From: a virus
Lineage: Duplodnaviria > Caudoviricetes
Direction: 5' to 3' (one strand)
Length of the DNA stretch: 41,685 nt
Virus record (IMG/VR): IMGVR_UViG_3300025875_000053
Coordinates: 1-41,685 of that record
Below the pieces are notes generated by a model, which was given only the letters and a program-made list of their open reading frames with translations, was not told where the DNA came from and ran no database searches. Made by a program: the position numbers and the translations under genes. Position 1 is the first letter of the stretch, and every line of letters starts with the position of its first letter. Below are positions 16,991 to 26,271 of this stretch, piece by piece.

Positions 16991-17039
16991 TTACCCATGC
17001 CCGGCGGAGAAGCCGCCGGAAGACGAAGGACGGTAGATC

Positions 17040-17771
17040 GTGAACACGGAGAACCTCAGCACGGCGAGCGTCAAGGCGATCGAAGCCGGCGGGACGAACA
17101 ACGTCCTGATCGGTCGCGCTCTCGTGAAGCGCGACGTCTTCGAGGAGACGGAGAACGGGATCTTCCGCTTCATGCCGACTGCGGAATACCTGAACTCCGT
17201 CATGCCGGCGGCTCCGACTGCGGACGAGATCGACGCGGAGAAGGCGTACGCGGAGCAGATCGAGCGCGAGGAGAACGCGGCGGACGACGGCTCTCACGAG
17301 CGGTGGGAACTCGCGCAGGCGGAGAAGGCCGATCGTCACATGGAGATCGAGGCGCTCTCGGACGAGTTCATGACGTGTGACGCGGAGCGCGCGGAGGAGA
17401 TCACGGCGCGGCTCGCGGAGTTGGGAGCGGAGGTTCCCGTCCTCCCTATGGACGCGCACACGAAGCAGATCGTGAACCCGGCGCTCACGGCGGAGCAGTC
17501 GTTCGCGGTGGCGATCCGGAATGACGATCTCGACGCGGCGCGGGAGATCCTCGGGAACGCGGCTCCGGCCGTCCGTGATCCCCGCGAGACGCGTTACGCG
17601 CAGATCGAGCGGTGGACGGACGACAACCTCGAAGTGAAGTACGGCATCCTCTCGCGGCGCATCATGCGGCGGACGCTTTTGAAGGCGGACCGTATGCAGG
17701 CGGAGCGGCAGTGTCAGATCGTGGAGAACGAACTCCTCCGGCGTGGCATCAAGCCGAACCGCAACGTCTGA
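17040..17771 (+). CDS. Hypothetical acidic protein, 243 aa
   Basis: RBS GAAGGA; flanked by promoter and hairpin. Confidence 0.8.
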   Translation: MNTENLSTASVKAIEAGGTNNVLIGRALVKRDVFEETENGIFRFMPTAEYLNSVMPAAPTADEIDAEKAYAEQIEREENAADDGSHERWELAQAEKADRHMEIEALSDEFMTCDAERAEEITARLAELGAEVPVLPMDAHTKQIVNPALTAEQSFAVAIRNDDLDAAREILGNAAPAVRDPRETRYAQIERWTDDNLEVKYGILSRRIMRRTLLKADRMQAERQCQIVENELLRRGIKPNRNV

Positions 17772-17777
17772 TCTGAT

Positions 17778-17814
17778 CGGCCCGGACGGCTTCGAGGGGG
17801 AGCCGTCCGGGCCG
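17778..17814 (+). terminator. Stem-loop terminator
   Basis: 14-bp inverted repeat CGGCCCGGACGGCT/AGCCGTCCGGGCCG. Confidence 0.6.
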
Positions 17815-17834
17815 TTCCCGTGGAAGGAGGAAGC

Positions 17835-18227
17835 ATGGCGGACAGTCTCTCGAAGTTCTTCGCAGACATCTATGACAAGTACGAGATCACGCCGGCAGAG
17901 TACCGGGCTCTCTACCGCGCGCAGGGTGGACGTTGCTTCGTCTGCCGCCGCGCGTCCGGGAAGGCGAAGCGTCTCGGCGTGGATCACAACCACCTTACGA
18001 GCGAGGTACGCGCGCTTCTCTGTACCGGCTCGCTGAACGCGAACACGTGCAACCGCCTTATCGCGTTGTACTCGCGTGAGGCTCTGCTTCGCGGCGCGGC
18101 CGTGCTGTCCGATCCGCCTCCGGCGCGTACCGTGCTGGCAGCGATGCGCGGGGAACACGACGGCGATCCGCTCATCCCGTCTCTCGTCGGGAATCCGTCG
18201 TTCCACCTCCACGAGGTTCTGCGATGA
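17835..18227 (+). CDS. Endonuclease VII family (resolvase-like)
   Basis: YEIT..EY...QGGRCFVC, LGVDHNH, VRALLC...CN; RBS AAGGAGG. Confidence 0.88.
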   Translation: MADSLSKFFADIYDKYEITPAEYRALYRAQGGRCFVCRRASGKAKRLGVDHNHLTSEVRALLCTGSLNANTCNRLIALYSREALLRGAAVLSDPPPARTVLAAMRGEHDGDPLIPSLVGNPSFHLHEVLR

Positions 18228-18856
18228 GGACGGCGCGGCTTCCGGAGTTCCCCGGCGAGCACGAGTTCGAGACCGTCATCACGGGCAATCTCGATCCGCG
18301 TCCGGACGATGCTCCCGAAGAGCCGGCTCCGGTGAAGTCGCTCGCGAAGGCGCTCGAATCCGGCGGATGGAAGACGAAGATCGGGTTCTCGCGTGCGTGG
18401 CGACGCGGGCAGCGGACGGGTACGTACCGGAAGGCGGAGTTCTTCGGCGTGTACGCCGGGGAGCACGAGGCTTCACCGTACCGCGTCGTTTCCGTCTACT
18501 GGCGTTTCGCGGACAAGACGGAGGAGTTCGCGTGGTTCCGTGACGTGATGGCTCTCGAAGCCACGGAGCGCGCCTGCGGAACGCCGGCTTCGTGGACGTG
18601 GCAAGACGGCCGCATCGTTCACGGCTTCACGCGTCACCGCGTCAAGGTCACGGACATCAAGGAGTTTGCGAAGGTTCGCGGTTCCGTGCTCCCCGGATGG
18701 TTCGCGGGGATTGCGCGGCGCTTCGCGGAGCAGGCAGCTAAGGCACTCTGCGGCGCGCGCGAGGAGCATCCGGCGCACGAGTGGGAGACCGGAGGCGGAA
18801 CGTTGAAGTCCTGTTCCGGGAAGGCATCGAAACCGAAAGAGGTGGAGGCTCCATGA
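18224..18856 (+). CDS. Hypothetical protein, 210 aa
   Basis: ATGA overlaps on both sides. Confidence 0.75.
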   Translation: MRTARLPEFPGEHEFETVITGNLDPRPDDAPEEPAPVKSLAKALESGGWKTKIGFSRAWRRGQRTGTYRKAEFFGVYAGEHEASPYRVVSVYWRFADKTEEFAWFRDVMALEATERACGTPASWTWQDGRIVHGFTRHRVKVTDIKEFAKVRGSVLPGWFAGIARRFAEQAAKALCGAREEHPAHEWETGGGTLKSCSGKASKPKEVEAP

Positions 18857-19107
18857 GGATCGGCCGGCATGTCGTCTACGAGCGGGAGTTCGATCACGGG
18901 AAGCGTGTTGTGTCCTTCGGGTTCGATCCGTCTCTCGCGGCGCGGCAGAATCTCGGAGAGGCGCTTCACGTGCTCGCGCAGGCGCAGGAGTTCGCGGAGC
19001 GGGACGCAGGGTTCCGGCCGTGCTCTCTCGAACTCGTCGCGACTGTCTCCCACGGGTGGCCGATCGCGCTCTCGTACACGCTTCACTTCGAGGTGACGCC
19101 GGTATGA
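18853..19107 (+). CDS. Hypothetical protein, 84 aa
   Basis: RBS GGAGG, ATGA coupling. Confidence 0.65.
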   Translation: MRIGRHVVYEREFDHGKRVVSFGFDPSLAARQNLGEALHVLAQAQEFAERDAGFRPCSLELVATVSHGWPIALSYTLHFEVTPV

Positions 19108-19220
19108 CGGATCTCGTGTGGCTCATGCTCCGGTACCCGTTCGCGGTGATCGGTGCGGCAGCGCTCCGGTACGCACGAGTGGAGGCGCGGCTTCGAGAGT
19201 TCGTCTACGGGGAGGCGTGA
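19104..19220 (+). CDS. Small hydrophobic protein, 38 aa
   Basis: ATGA coupling, RBS GAGGT. Confidence 0.5.
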   Translation: MTDLVWLMLRYPFAVIGAAALRYARVEARLREFVYGEA

Positions 19221-19289
19221 GTTCCTGCCGGACGCGGTATGCTAGCCGTACCGCGTCCGGCTTTTGGATCCTTATGGAATGGAGGAAAC

Positions 19290-19751
19290 GTGGCGCTCCC
19301 GAACCCGGCGCTCGCCGGACGGAACGGTCGCATATGGAAGCTGTATTGCCGTGGCCGAACGCAAGAATCGCTCGCGGAGGAGTTCGAGTTAACGCAGGCG
19401 CGCATATCGCAGATCATCGCGGAGGTTCGCGACACGATTCCCATTGAGGAACGTGACGCGCTCGTGAAACAGGAGACGGACCTTCTCCGGGATCTGCGCG
19501 CCGACGTCCTTCGCCTATGGGATGAGGACGCTCCGGATCTCGTCTCGAACGGCCGCGTCATCGAAGGCGTGAAGGATCACGGCGGCCGGCTCGCAGCACT
19601 CGCGCGCGCGGAGTCTCTGACGGCGCGGCTTCATCGTGTGCTAGGTCTCGACGCTCCCGCGAAGGTGGATCTCACACTTCCCGGTGAAGTGGCGGCAGCG
19701 CAGAAGGCGGCAGCGGACGCGGCGGCTCACCTCCACGGAGGCACGGAATGA
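19290..19751 (+). CDS. HTH protein, probable terminase small subunit
   Basis: GRTQESLAEEFELTQARISQII HTH; LGLDAP motif; upstream of TerL; RBS GGAGG. Confidence 0.7.
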   Translation: MALPNPALAGRNGRIWKLYCRGRTQESLAEEFELTQARISQIIAEVRDTIPIEERDALVKQETDLLRDLRADVLRLWDEDAPDLVSNGRVIEGVKDHGGRLAALARAESLTARLHRVLGLDAPAKVDLTLPGEVAAAQKAAADAAAHLHGGTE

Positions 19752-20341
19752 TGGCGGAACTCGCGCGGTGGCTCTCGAACCCGCTTGTCCTCGTTGGACT
19801 GTGCGCGATCATCGGAGGCGGGTTGCTCCTCTTCGTGGGATGGGCATTCACGGGGGAGTACGAACGCGGCGGACGGGAAAGCGTGCATCGCCGGCCGCGT
19901 CAAATGAAGCCGTGGCATCGTGAGCCGACCGGGGAGCAGGCGACGCTACCGCAGACGCAGGCTCCCGCGCGGCATCGTCTCGACACCGTACGCGAGGAGA
20001 CGACGAACCTAGGCGCGTACGTGGACACGCGACACACTTCGGCGCGCTCCCGCGTCGTGATGATCGGAGAGGATGGACTCGAACGTGGCGATTACCCCGG
20101 GACGACGCGACGTGTACGACAAGCTGAAAAAGAGCATGGGGAAGAAGAAGGCAGCGAAGATCGCGAACGCCGGCAAGACGAAGGCCGGACGGTCGAAGAT
20201 GGCGAAGAAGGCGGCAGCGACACGGAAGCGGCGCGGCCGGTAGGCGACGCGAATCTCCGTTGGTTCCGGAACACGGTCACGGGGGAAATCGTCATGGTGA
20301 ACGAGCGTGGCGAGCGGATCGATTGGGACAGCGGCGAATGA
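19748..20341 (+). CDS. Membrane-anchored hypothetical protein, 197 aa
   Basis: N-terminal TM helix; ATGA coupling at both ends. Confidence 0.6.
   Translation: MMAELARWLSNPLVLVGLCAIIGGGLLLFVGWAFTGEYERGGRESVHRRPRQMKPWHREPTGEQATLPQTQAPARHRLDTVREETTNLGAYVDTRHTSARSRVVMIGEDGLERGDYPGTTRRVRQAEKEHGEEEGSEDRERRQDEGRTVEDGEEGGSDTEAARPVGDANLRWFRNTVTGEIVMVNERGERIDWDSGE
20085..20243 (+). CDS. Nested small basic protein, 52 aa
   Basis: MAITPGRRDVYDKLKKSMGKKKAAKIANAGKTKAGRSKMAKKAAATRKRRGR in another frame inside 19748..20341. Confidence 0.6.
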   Translation: MAITPGRRDVYDKLKKSMGKKKAAKIANAGKTKAGRSKMAKKAAATRKRRGR

Positions 20342-20439
20342 GGAATCTAGGGCAGTGGATCCGCTGCCGCGTCTTCGGGTTGCATTCGCCTTCGCTCTAC
20401 GCGTTCGGCCGTTGCTACTGCCAGAGGAAGCGCCGATGA
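20338..20439 (+). CDS. Small Cys/His peptide, 33 aa
   Basis: MRNLGQWIRCRVFGLHSPSLYAFGRCYCQRKRR; ATGA overlaps with both neighbours. Confidence 0.55.
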   Translation: MRNLGQWIRCRVFGLHSPSLYAFGRCYCQRKRR

Positions 20440-21986
20440 GGTGGGATGCCGCGTGGCATCGACGGTTGCGGGAGATCATCGCGGATCTCCCGTTCCGTCC
20501 GCAGGCGGAACGCATCGCAGTGCGACGGGAGATCGCGAAGGATCCCGTCGCGTTTTCGATCCTCTACCTCTCGCATCACCTCCGCGACGCGCAGGGACGC
20601 GTGACGTTCTCAGAGGTTCACTACGAGTGGGCACGGATCGCGGAGTCGTGGCGCGGGGAGACCGGACCGCAGGAGAACCGACACGCGTTCATCGCTCCGC
20701 GCGAGACCGGCAAGTCTACGTGGTGGTTCCTCGTGCTCCCGCTATGGGCGGCAGCGAATCACGTGCGCCGCTTCGCCGTAGCCTTCGCGCACGCGGACGC
20801 GCAGGCGACCGGGCACCTTGCCACGTTCAAGCGCGAACTCGACACGAACACGCTCCTCCGCGCCGACTTCCCCGATCTGTGCGAGCCGGCGCGGAAGCAG
20901 GCAGGCGGAACGCTCGCGGACCGTCAAGGGATGCTCCATACGTCGGACGGCTTCGTCTTCGCTGCGCGCGGCGTGGACACTGCGTCTCTCGGCTTGAAGG
21001 TGGGAGAGACGCGTCCCGATCTCCTCGTCTTCGATGACATCGAGCCGGACGAGGCGCGCTATTCCGCCGATCTCGCGAAGAAGCGTCTCGGCACAATCAC
21101 GGACGCTCTTCTTCCGCTGAACATTCGTGCGGCCGTCGTCATGGTGGGAACGGTGACGATGCCGGGCTCCATCATGCATCAACTCGTGCGCGTTGCCGGC
21201 GGCTCCGATGACGAGGAGTTGAAGTGGATCCGCGATGAGCGCATCACTCCGCATCATCACGTGCCGATCCGTGAGAACGGGGACGGAACTCCGCGCTCGA
21301 TGTGGCCGGAGAAGTGGCCGATCGAATGGCTCCTCTCGATTCGGCATACGCGCTCGTACGCGAAGAACTACGCAAACGATCCAATGGGACAAGACGGCGA
21401 CTATTGGACGTCGGACGATTTCACGTATCAGTCGATGGGACCGTTCGCGACTCGATGGATTCTCCAACTCGATCCGGCCGTGACGACGAAGGGAACGAGC
21501 GATTACACGGGATGGGCAGTCGTGGCATACCGTCCGCCGGGACACGCGCTCGACGGACTTCCTCCGATCGCGGCCGGTAAGCCTATGGCCGAAGTCGTCG
21601 CGTCCGGTAAGATCCGCCTGACAGGCGAAGCGCTGCGCGCATGGGTACTCAGGAAGCTAGAAGAGTTCGAGCGCATCAAGGCGGTTCGTGTGGAGGTGAA
21701 TCAAGGCGGGGAGCTTTGGTACACGATCCTTCACGATCTGCCGGCAAAGCTACTCGTTCACACGTCCAACGAGTCGAAGGAGGTTCGCTTCTCCTACGCG
21801 CTCGATCTGTACCAACGGGGTCACGTTCTCCATCGGGAGCGGATGCGTGAACTCGAAGAGCAAATGGTTTCGTTCCCGAAGGCACCGTACGACGATATCG
21901 CGGATGCGGCAGTGTGCGGCGTGTTGTTCTTCCTCAGTGAGGTTCCGCGTCTACGGACGCACGTCGAGACTAGGAGTTACGTCTAA
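20436..21986 (+). CDS. terL: Terminase large subunit
   Basis: APRETGKST, RPDLLVFDDIE, LDPAV, FPKAPYDDIADA. Confidence 0.93.
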   Translation: MRWDAAWHRRLREIIADLPFRPQAERIAVRREIAKDPVAFSILYLSHHLRDAQGRVTFSEVHYEWARIAESWRGETGPQENRHAFIAPRETGKSTWWFLVLPLWAAANHVRRFAVAFAHADAQATGHLATFKRELDTNTLLRADFPDLCEPARKQAGGTLADRQGMLHTSDGFVFAARGVDTASLGLKVGETRPDLLVFDDIEPDEARYSADLAKKRLGTITDALLPLNIRAAVVMVGTVTMPGSIMHQLVRVAGGSDDEELKWIRDERITPHHHVPIRENGDGTPRSMWPEKWPIEWLLSIRHTRSYAKNYANDPMGQDGDYWTSDDFTYQSMGPFATRWILQLDPAVTTKGTSDYTGWAVVAYRPPGHALDGLPPIAAGKPMAEVVASGKIRLTGEALRAWVLRKLEEFERIKAVRVEVNQGGELWYTILHDLPAKLLVHTSNESKEVRFSYALDLYQRGHVLHRERMRELEEQMVSFPKAPYDDIADAAVCGVLFFLSEVPRLRTHVETRSYV

Positions 21987-23692
21987 TGCCGGGTAGCGCG
22001 GATCTGATCGAGGGAATGCGCGGGCTCGATGAAGCCGCGCCGTACTACGAGAAGATGTGGACGTACTTCGCCGGGGATCTGCCGGAGCGATTCGCATCGG
22101 ACCGCTTGAAGCAACTCATCGGCAAGACGGCGCAGGACTACCGGTTCCGGCTCGCGCGCGTTCCCGTCGAGACGCTCGCGAACCGTCTCGGCATCAACTC
22201 GATCGTCTCGTCCCGTGGCGACGCGGTGAATGCGCGCATCGAGGAGATCCGGCAGGCGAACGACATGGAGCTAGTCGAGCCGTTCATCACGGAACGGACG
22301 CTCGCTCTCGGAGACTCCTATCTCCTCGTGTGGCCGATCATAGACGAGGACATCGTTCGGGACGAGGAGGCTCCGGACTTCGACGCGCTCGCGGCCGGCG
22401 TGGAACTCGCGTATCAGTCGCCTCTCTCCTGCCGCGCCTTCTACGATTCGGAGGACGGCCGGCGGCAGCGGTTCACGATCCGGCGGTGGACGGAATCCAC
22501 GGCTCTCGGGAACGTATGGCGCGCGGAGGTTTGGTACGCCGATCGCGTCGAGCCGTTCATCTCGAATCCCGGCTCGAAGGGTCTCGACAAGGAGGAGTGG
22601 CGGGAGTACGCGGAGGACGCGGCCGGCGTGGAGACGGCAGCGACTCCCGACGTGTGGCCGGAGCCGCATGACTTCGGGGAGATCCCGATCTTCCACATGC
22701 GGACAGATATGCCGTACGGCCGTTCCGAGATCGAGGACTTCATCGGCGCGCAGAACATCGTGACGAAGGCAACCGCCACGCAGTCATCGGGCATCGAATC
22801 GAATGGGTGGCGCGAGCGCTACACGATCGCGGAGGACAAGGCGCTTCTCGAACAAAAGGCGGACATCGTTCCGTGGGGAGACGCGGCGGACGCGCCTGCC
22901 GCCGGTCCCGCGCCGCTATCCGGCCGGCGTACCGGTCCGGGCACGGAGCAGAAGTTCCACGGCGTCAAGGGAGTCGGAGAGTTTTCCGCTCCGGATCTCC
23001 GTGTGTTCGAGTCCCCGATCGATCAGTGGATTCGTCTCGGCGCGTCCGCATCCGGTACGCCGCTCACGGAGTTCGATCCTCGCTTCGGCGCGAATATGTC
23101 CGGCGTTGCATGGGATCGCGCGGAGCGGCCGATCCGGAAGAAGGAAGCGGACCGCAAGCGCTTCTTCCTCCGTTTTTGGCGCGAAGTCTACGGGCTCGCG
23201 CTCGCGATCGTCGGAGTTCGCGACGCCGGAGAGATCACGGTCAATTGGGCTCCGCCGGAAGTCGTCTCGGATCCGGAGTGGTGGGCAGTCGCAACCGCGC
23301 GCCGCGATCACGGCGTACCGCAACGTTCGATTCTCCTCGAAGCGAATTACACAGAGGAGCAGATCAAGGCATGGGAGGACGAGAAGGACGACGACGCGGA
23401 GACGCTCGATCGCGCGATTGCGCGTATCGCCACGTTGGGCGACGCCATGCAAAAGTTGGGAGCAGGCGCGACACTTCTCGGCATCCCGCCGGAGCGGATC
23501 GCGACGCTCATCGAACGTCTTCTCGAAGAGGCCGGCTCTCCGGGAAAGCTTGTCCTCGAAGAGAAAGAGCCTCTCGAACTTGAACCCGCCGACGATGACG
23601 AAGAAGCCGACGATGCCGAAGAGGTGCCCGCAGAAGAGACGGTACCGGGACGCGATAGCGGCGGCGCTCGCGCTCGAAGCAATGCGCGATAA
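21986..23692 (+). CDS. Portal protein (SPP1 gp6-like)
   Basis: Follows TerL; LALGDSYLLVW, HDFGEIPIFH, PYGRSE. Confidence 0.88.
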   Translation: MPGSADLIEGMRGLDEAAPYYEKMWTYFAGDLPERFASDRLKQLIGKTAQDYRFRLARVPVETLANRLGINSIVSSRGDAVNARIEEIRQANDMELVEPFITERTLALGDSYLLVWPIIDEDIVRDEEAPDFDALAAGVELAYQSPLSCRAFYDSEDGRRQRFTIRRWTESTALGNVWRAEVWYADRVEPFISNPGSKGLDKEEWREYAEDAAGVETAATPDVWPEPHDFGEIPIFHMRTDMPYGRSEIEDFIGAQNIVTKATATQSSGIESNGWRERYTIAEDKALLEQKADIVPWGDAADAPAAGPAPLSGRRTGPGTEQKFHGVKGVGEFSAPDLRVFESPIDQWIRLGASASGTPLTEFDPRFGANMSGVAWDRAERPIRKKEADRKRFFLRFWREVYGLALAIVGVRDAGEITVNWAPPEVVSDPEWWAVATARRDHGVPQRSILLEANYTEEQIKAWEDEKDDDAETLDRAIARIATLGDAMQKLGAGATLLGIPPERIATLIERLLEEAGSPGKLVLEEKEPLELEPADDDEEADDAEEVPAEETVPGRDSGGARARSNAR

Positions 23693-23762
23693 GGGAGCCG
23701 TCCGATTCTACCGCTGCCCGCACTGCGCGGGTTATCACGTCACGTCTCAGGAGAAGCGATGA
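23613..23762 (+). CDS. Small Zn-binding protein, 49 aa, similar to 3135..3323
   Basis: CPQKRRY...YRCPHCAGYHVTS; overlaps the portal 3' end; ATGA coupling downstream. Confidence 0.6.
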   Translation: MPKRCPQKRRYRDAIAAALALEAMRDKGAVRFYRCPHCAGYHVTSQEKR

Positions 23763-24115
23763 GCATTCGGTACGCGAAGGCGGAGATCGTCCGCGTCGTG
23801 GACGGCGACACCGTTCACACGAACCTTGATATCGGATGGGGAATCATCCTCCGTCCGCGCATCGGCAAGGAGTACAACTTCGGGACGCTGCGCATCGTGT
23901 TTCCCGATGGAAAGGGTTACGACTGCCCGGAGCGCGGGACGGAACTCAATCGGCGCGCGATGCAATACCTCGCGGAGACAGTGAAGCCGGGGCAGATTCT
24001 CCACGTGATTTCCCACGGGATCGCGACGGACGGCCGGCGAACGGCCGCGTCTGTTACCTTCGAGGACGGTCGCGATTGGGCGACGACGCTAGCGGGATGG
24101 GGATACACGAAATGA
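23759..24115 (+). CDS. Thermonuclease (SNase)-like protein
   Basis: IVRVVDGDTV, YDCPE, DGRRTAA motifs. Confidence 0.75.
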   Translation: MSIRYAKAEIVRVVDGDTVHTNLDIGWGIILRPRIGKEYNFGTLRIVFPDGKGYDCPERGTELNRRAMQYLAETVKPGQILHVISHGIATDGRRTAASVTFEDGRDWATTLAGWGYTK

Positions 24116-24399
24116 GCATCGAGATTCGGTTCGGGGACGAAGACTCGCCGGTACACGAGGAAAGCATCAAGGTTCTCGATCAGGACTTCGAGATCCCGCC
24201 GGACGCGCTTCCCGTTCGGATTCAGGTCGGCTCGATGCCGTTGACGGTAGTCGGGTGGATCACGGGAGCGGATGCGCTGCCGGCGCTCCTCCGCGACGTC
24301 GCGCGCGCAAACGAAGAGGCTTTGGAGGAATGGGATGCCGCCACGCCGGAAGCTAGCCGAACGGGCTCCAACGGCGAAGAGGCCGGCATCGACGGGTGA
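24112..24399 (+). CDS. Hypothetical protein, 95 aa
   Basis: ATGA coupling; MSIEIRFG... Confidence 0.6.
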   Translation: MSIEIRFGDEDSPVHEESIKVLDQDFEIPPDALPVRIQVGSMPLTVVGWITGADALPALLRDVARANEEALEEWDAATPEASRTGSNGEEAGIDG

Positions 24400-25336
24400 C
24401 GATACGCCCGACGAGGAGACGCTAGCCTTCGAGGAGGCGGTACGGGAGGACGTCACCGGGCAGGCTGTCCGGGCCGTGGAGGCGCTCATTCGCGCTGTCC
24501 TGACTGCCTTCGAGGGTGCCTTCCTCAGCGCCGGAGAGACGCTCTCAGACCGGCAGGCGGAGCAGGTGGGGAAGGCCGTAGGCGCGCGGATCCGGCGGCA
24601 GCGGTGGGAGCCGATGGAGCCGGCGCTCCGGCAAGCGGCCGTGGAGGCGCATCGTCTCGGCGTTTCCCGTGCTGTGCAACGGATCCCCGGCGAAAAGGCG
24701 AAGGCTCGCGCGCGCAAGACGAAGACTCCGAAGAAGCGCGACGTTCCCGCCATTGACGCGGCGCTTCGTGAGGCGCTGCGTGAAGCGGAAACCGTTGCGA
24801 GACAAGGGATCCGGAACCGCACGGAAGCGGCGGCAGTCGCGGCGAAGATCAGCAAAGGGAAGGCGCGGATCGAGGGACACGCTCGCAGCGTCGCGAACGA
24901 AGGGATCAACGCCGGGACGATCGACGTCGCGCGCACGATGAAACTCCGCGTGATGTGGATCGCGGAGCGGAACGCGTGTCTCGACTGTCTCGCACACGCG
25001 GGTTACGTCGTGGAACCCGGCCGCCTGTTCCCCGGCGTCTCGTTCGATCCGAAGGCGCGCAAGGTGCCTGCGGTTCCGGGCTGTCCGCTCCATCCCAACT
25101 GTCGATGCCAACTCCGCGTGACAGATGAGCCGGCAGGGAAGCCGCCTTCGTCCCGATCGAGTCTGTCGCCGGCAGCGCGTCTCGCGGCGGAAGCGCGCCG
25201 ATCGGTTGTGTACCAATGGACGGAGTACGAATCCGGTCCGGCAATGCAACGCGCGGCGGAGTCTCTCCTCGCTGCCGGAGCCGGCCTTCCTGCTAGTGTG
25301 GAGACACGCGCGCGGCGGATGCTGCGCAAGAAGTGA
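24335..25336 (+). CDS. MuF-like minor capsid/head morphogenesis protein
   Basis: WIAERNACLDC and PLHPNCRC; lies between portal and scaffold. Confidence 0.8.
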   Translation: MPPRRKLAERAPTAKRPASTGDDTPDEETLAFEEAVREDVTGQAVRAVEALIRAVLTAFEGAFLSAGETLSDRQAEQVGKAVGARIRRQRWEPMEPALRQAAVEAHRLGVSRAVQRIPGEKAKARARKTKTPKKRDVPAIDAALREALREAETVARQGIRNRTEAAAVAAKISKGKARIEGHARSVANEGINAGTIDVARTMKLRVMWIAERNACLDCLAHAGYVVEPGRLFPGVSFDPKARKVPAVPGCPLHPNCRCQLRVTDEPAGKPPSSRSSLSPAARLAAEARRSVVYQWTEYESGPAMQRAAESLLAAGAGLPASVETRARRMLRKK

Positions 25337-25351
25337 CGAGGAGGCTAACTC

Positions 25352-25519
25352 GTGGAGGACTTCGCGAAGATCGCGTATGAGGCATACGCGAAGGCGCGGG
25401 ACAATCGAGCCGTGAACGGCGATCCGCTGCCGGCGTACGAACATCTCGACATCAACGTCCGTTCGGCATGGGACGCGGCAGCGCAAGCGGTTCTCGCTGC
25501 TTCGTCGGGTGGCGAGTGA
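25352..25519 (+). CDS. Small hypothetical protein, 55 aa (not in ORF track)
   Basis: MEDFAKIAYEAY...LPAYEHL...AWDAAA; RBS GAGGAGG; TGATG coupling. Confidence 0.65.
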   Translation: MEDFAKIAYEAYAKARDNRAVNGDPLPAYEHLDINVRSAWDAAAQAVLAASSGGE

Positions 25520-26082
25520 TGGCAGACGACGACGCGGACGACAAGACGCAGGACGACGCGGACGAGACCGAAGAGACGACGGAGGACGACAAGGCCGGCG
25601 ACGATTCGGACGATGACGACGACGATTCCGGCGATACCGAAGACGACAAGGGAGCGAAGAAGGATCCCGAACTCGTCAAGGCGATCAAGGCGCGCGACCG
25701 TGCGAAGAACGAGGCGCGGCGGCTCCGGGCGGAACTCGACAAGTCGAAGAAGCCGGACGACGACGAACCGGATCCGGTCGCGGAAGCGAACGTGAAGATC
25801 GTTCGTACGGCGGCTCACGGCATCCTGCGCGGTCTCGGCATCGAGGACAAGGACGATCGCGTCGCCGTGCTCGATCTGCTCCGGCTCGATGATGTGACCG
25901 TGGACAAGGACGGCGCGGACGAGGACGAGATCGAGGAGCGGATCGAGAACCTCCGCTCGATTCTCGGCGCGCAGCGCAAGACAACCGCGCGAGTTCCGCG
26001 TACCGTGAAGGGGAATCGGGAGACGAAGGAAACCAACTCCGATCCCGATAAGAAGCGCTACGCGCGGATTCTCGGGCGGTAG
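25519..26082 (+). CDS. Capsid scaffolding protein
   Basis: Asp-rich N-terminus, coiled coil, directly upstream of the capsid gene. Confidence 0.8.
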   Translation: MADDDADDKTQDDADETEETTEDDKAGDDSDDDDDDSGDTEDDKGAKKDPELVKAIKARDRAKNEARRLRAELDKSKKPDDDEPDPVAEANVKIVRTAAHGILRGLGIEDKDDRVAVLDLLRLDDVTVDKDGADEDEIEERIENLRSILGAQRKTTARVPRTVKGNRETKETNSDPDKKRYARILGR

Positions 26083-26271
26083 CTCGCGGAGTGGTTCCGG
26101 TCCCACCTATCCGGCCGGCGTTGCGAGCCCGGCTCCTATGCGGAGCCGGGCTCCTTCGTGTATCCTCGCAGGCAGGCACGGAGCCGGACGGCTTCCGCCG
26201 GAACACGCATTGCCGGATGGCAAGCGGGACGATCCCCATCCCTCACGCCATACCGAAGGAGTGTGACCGGC

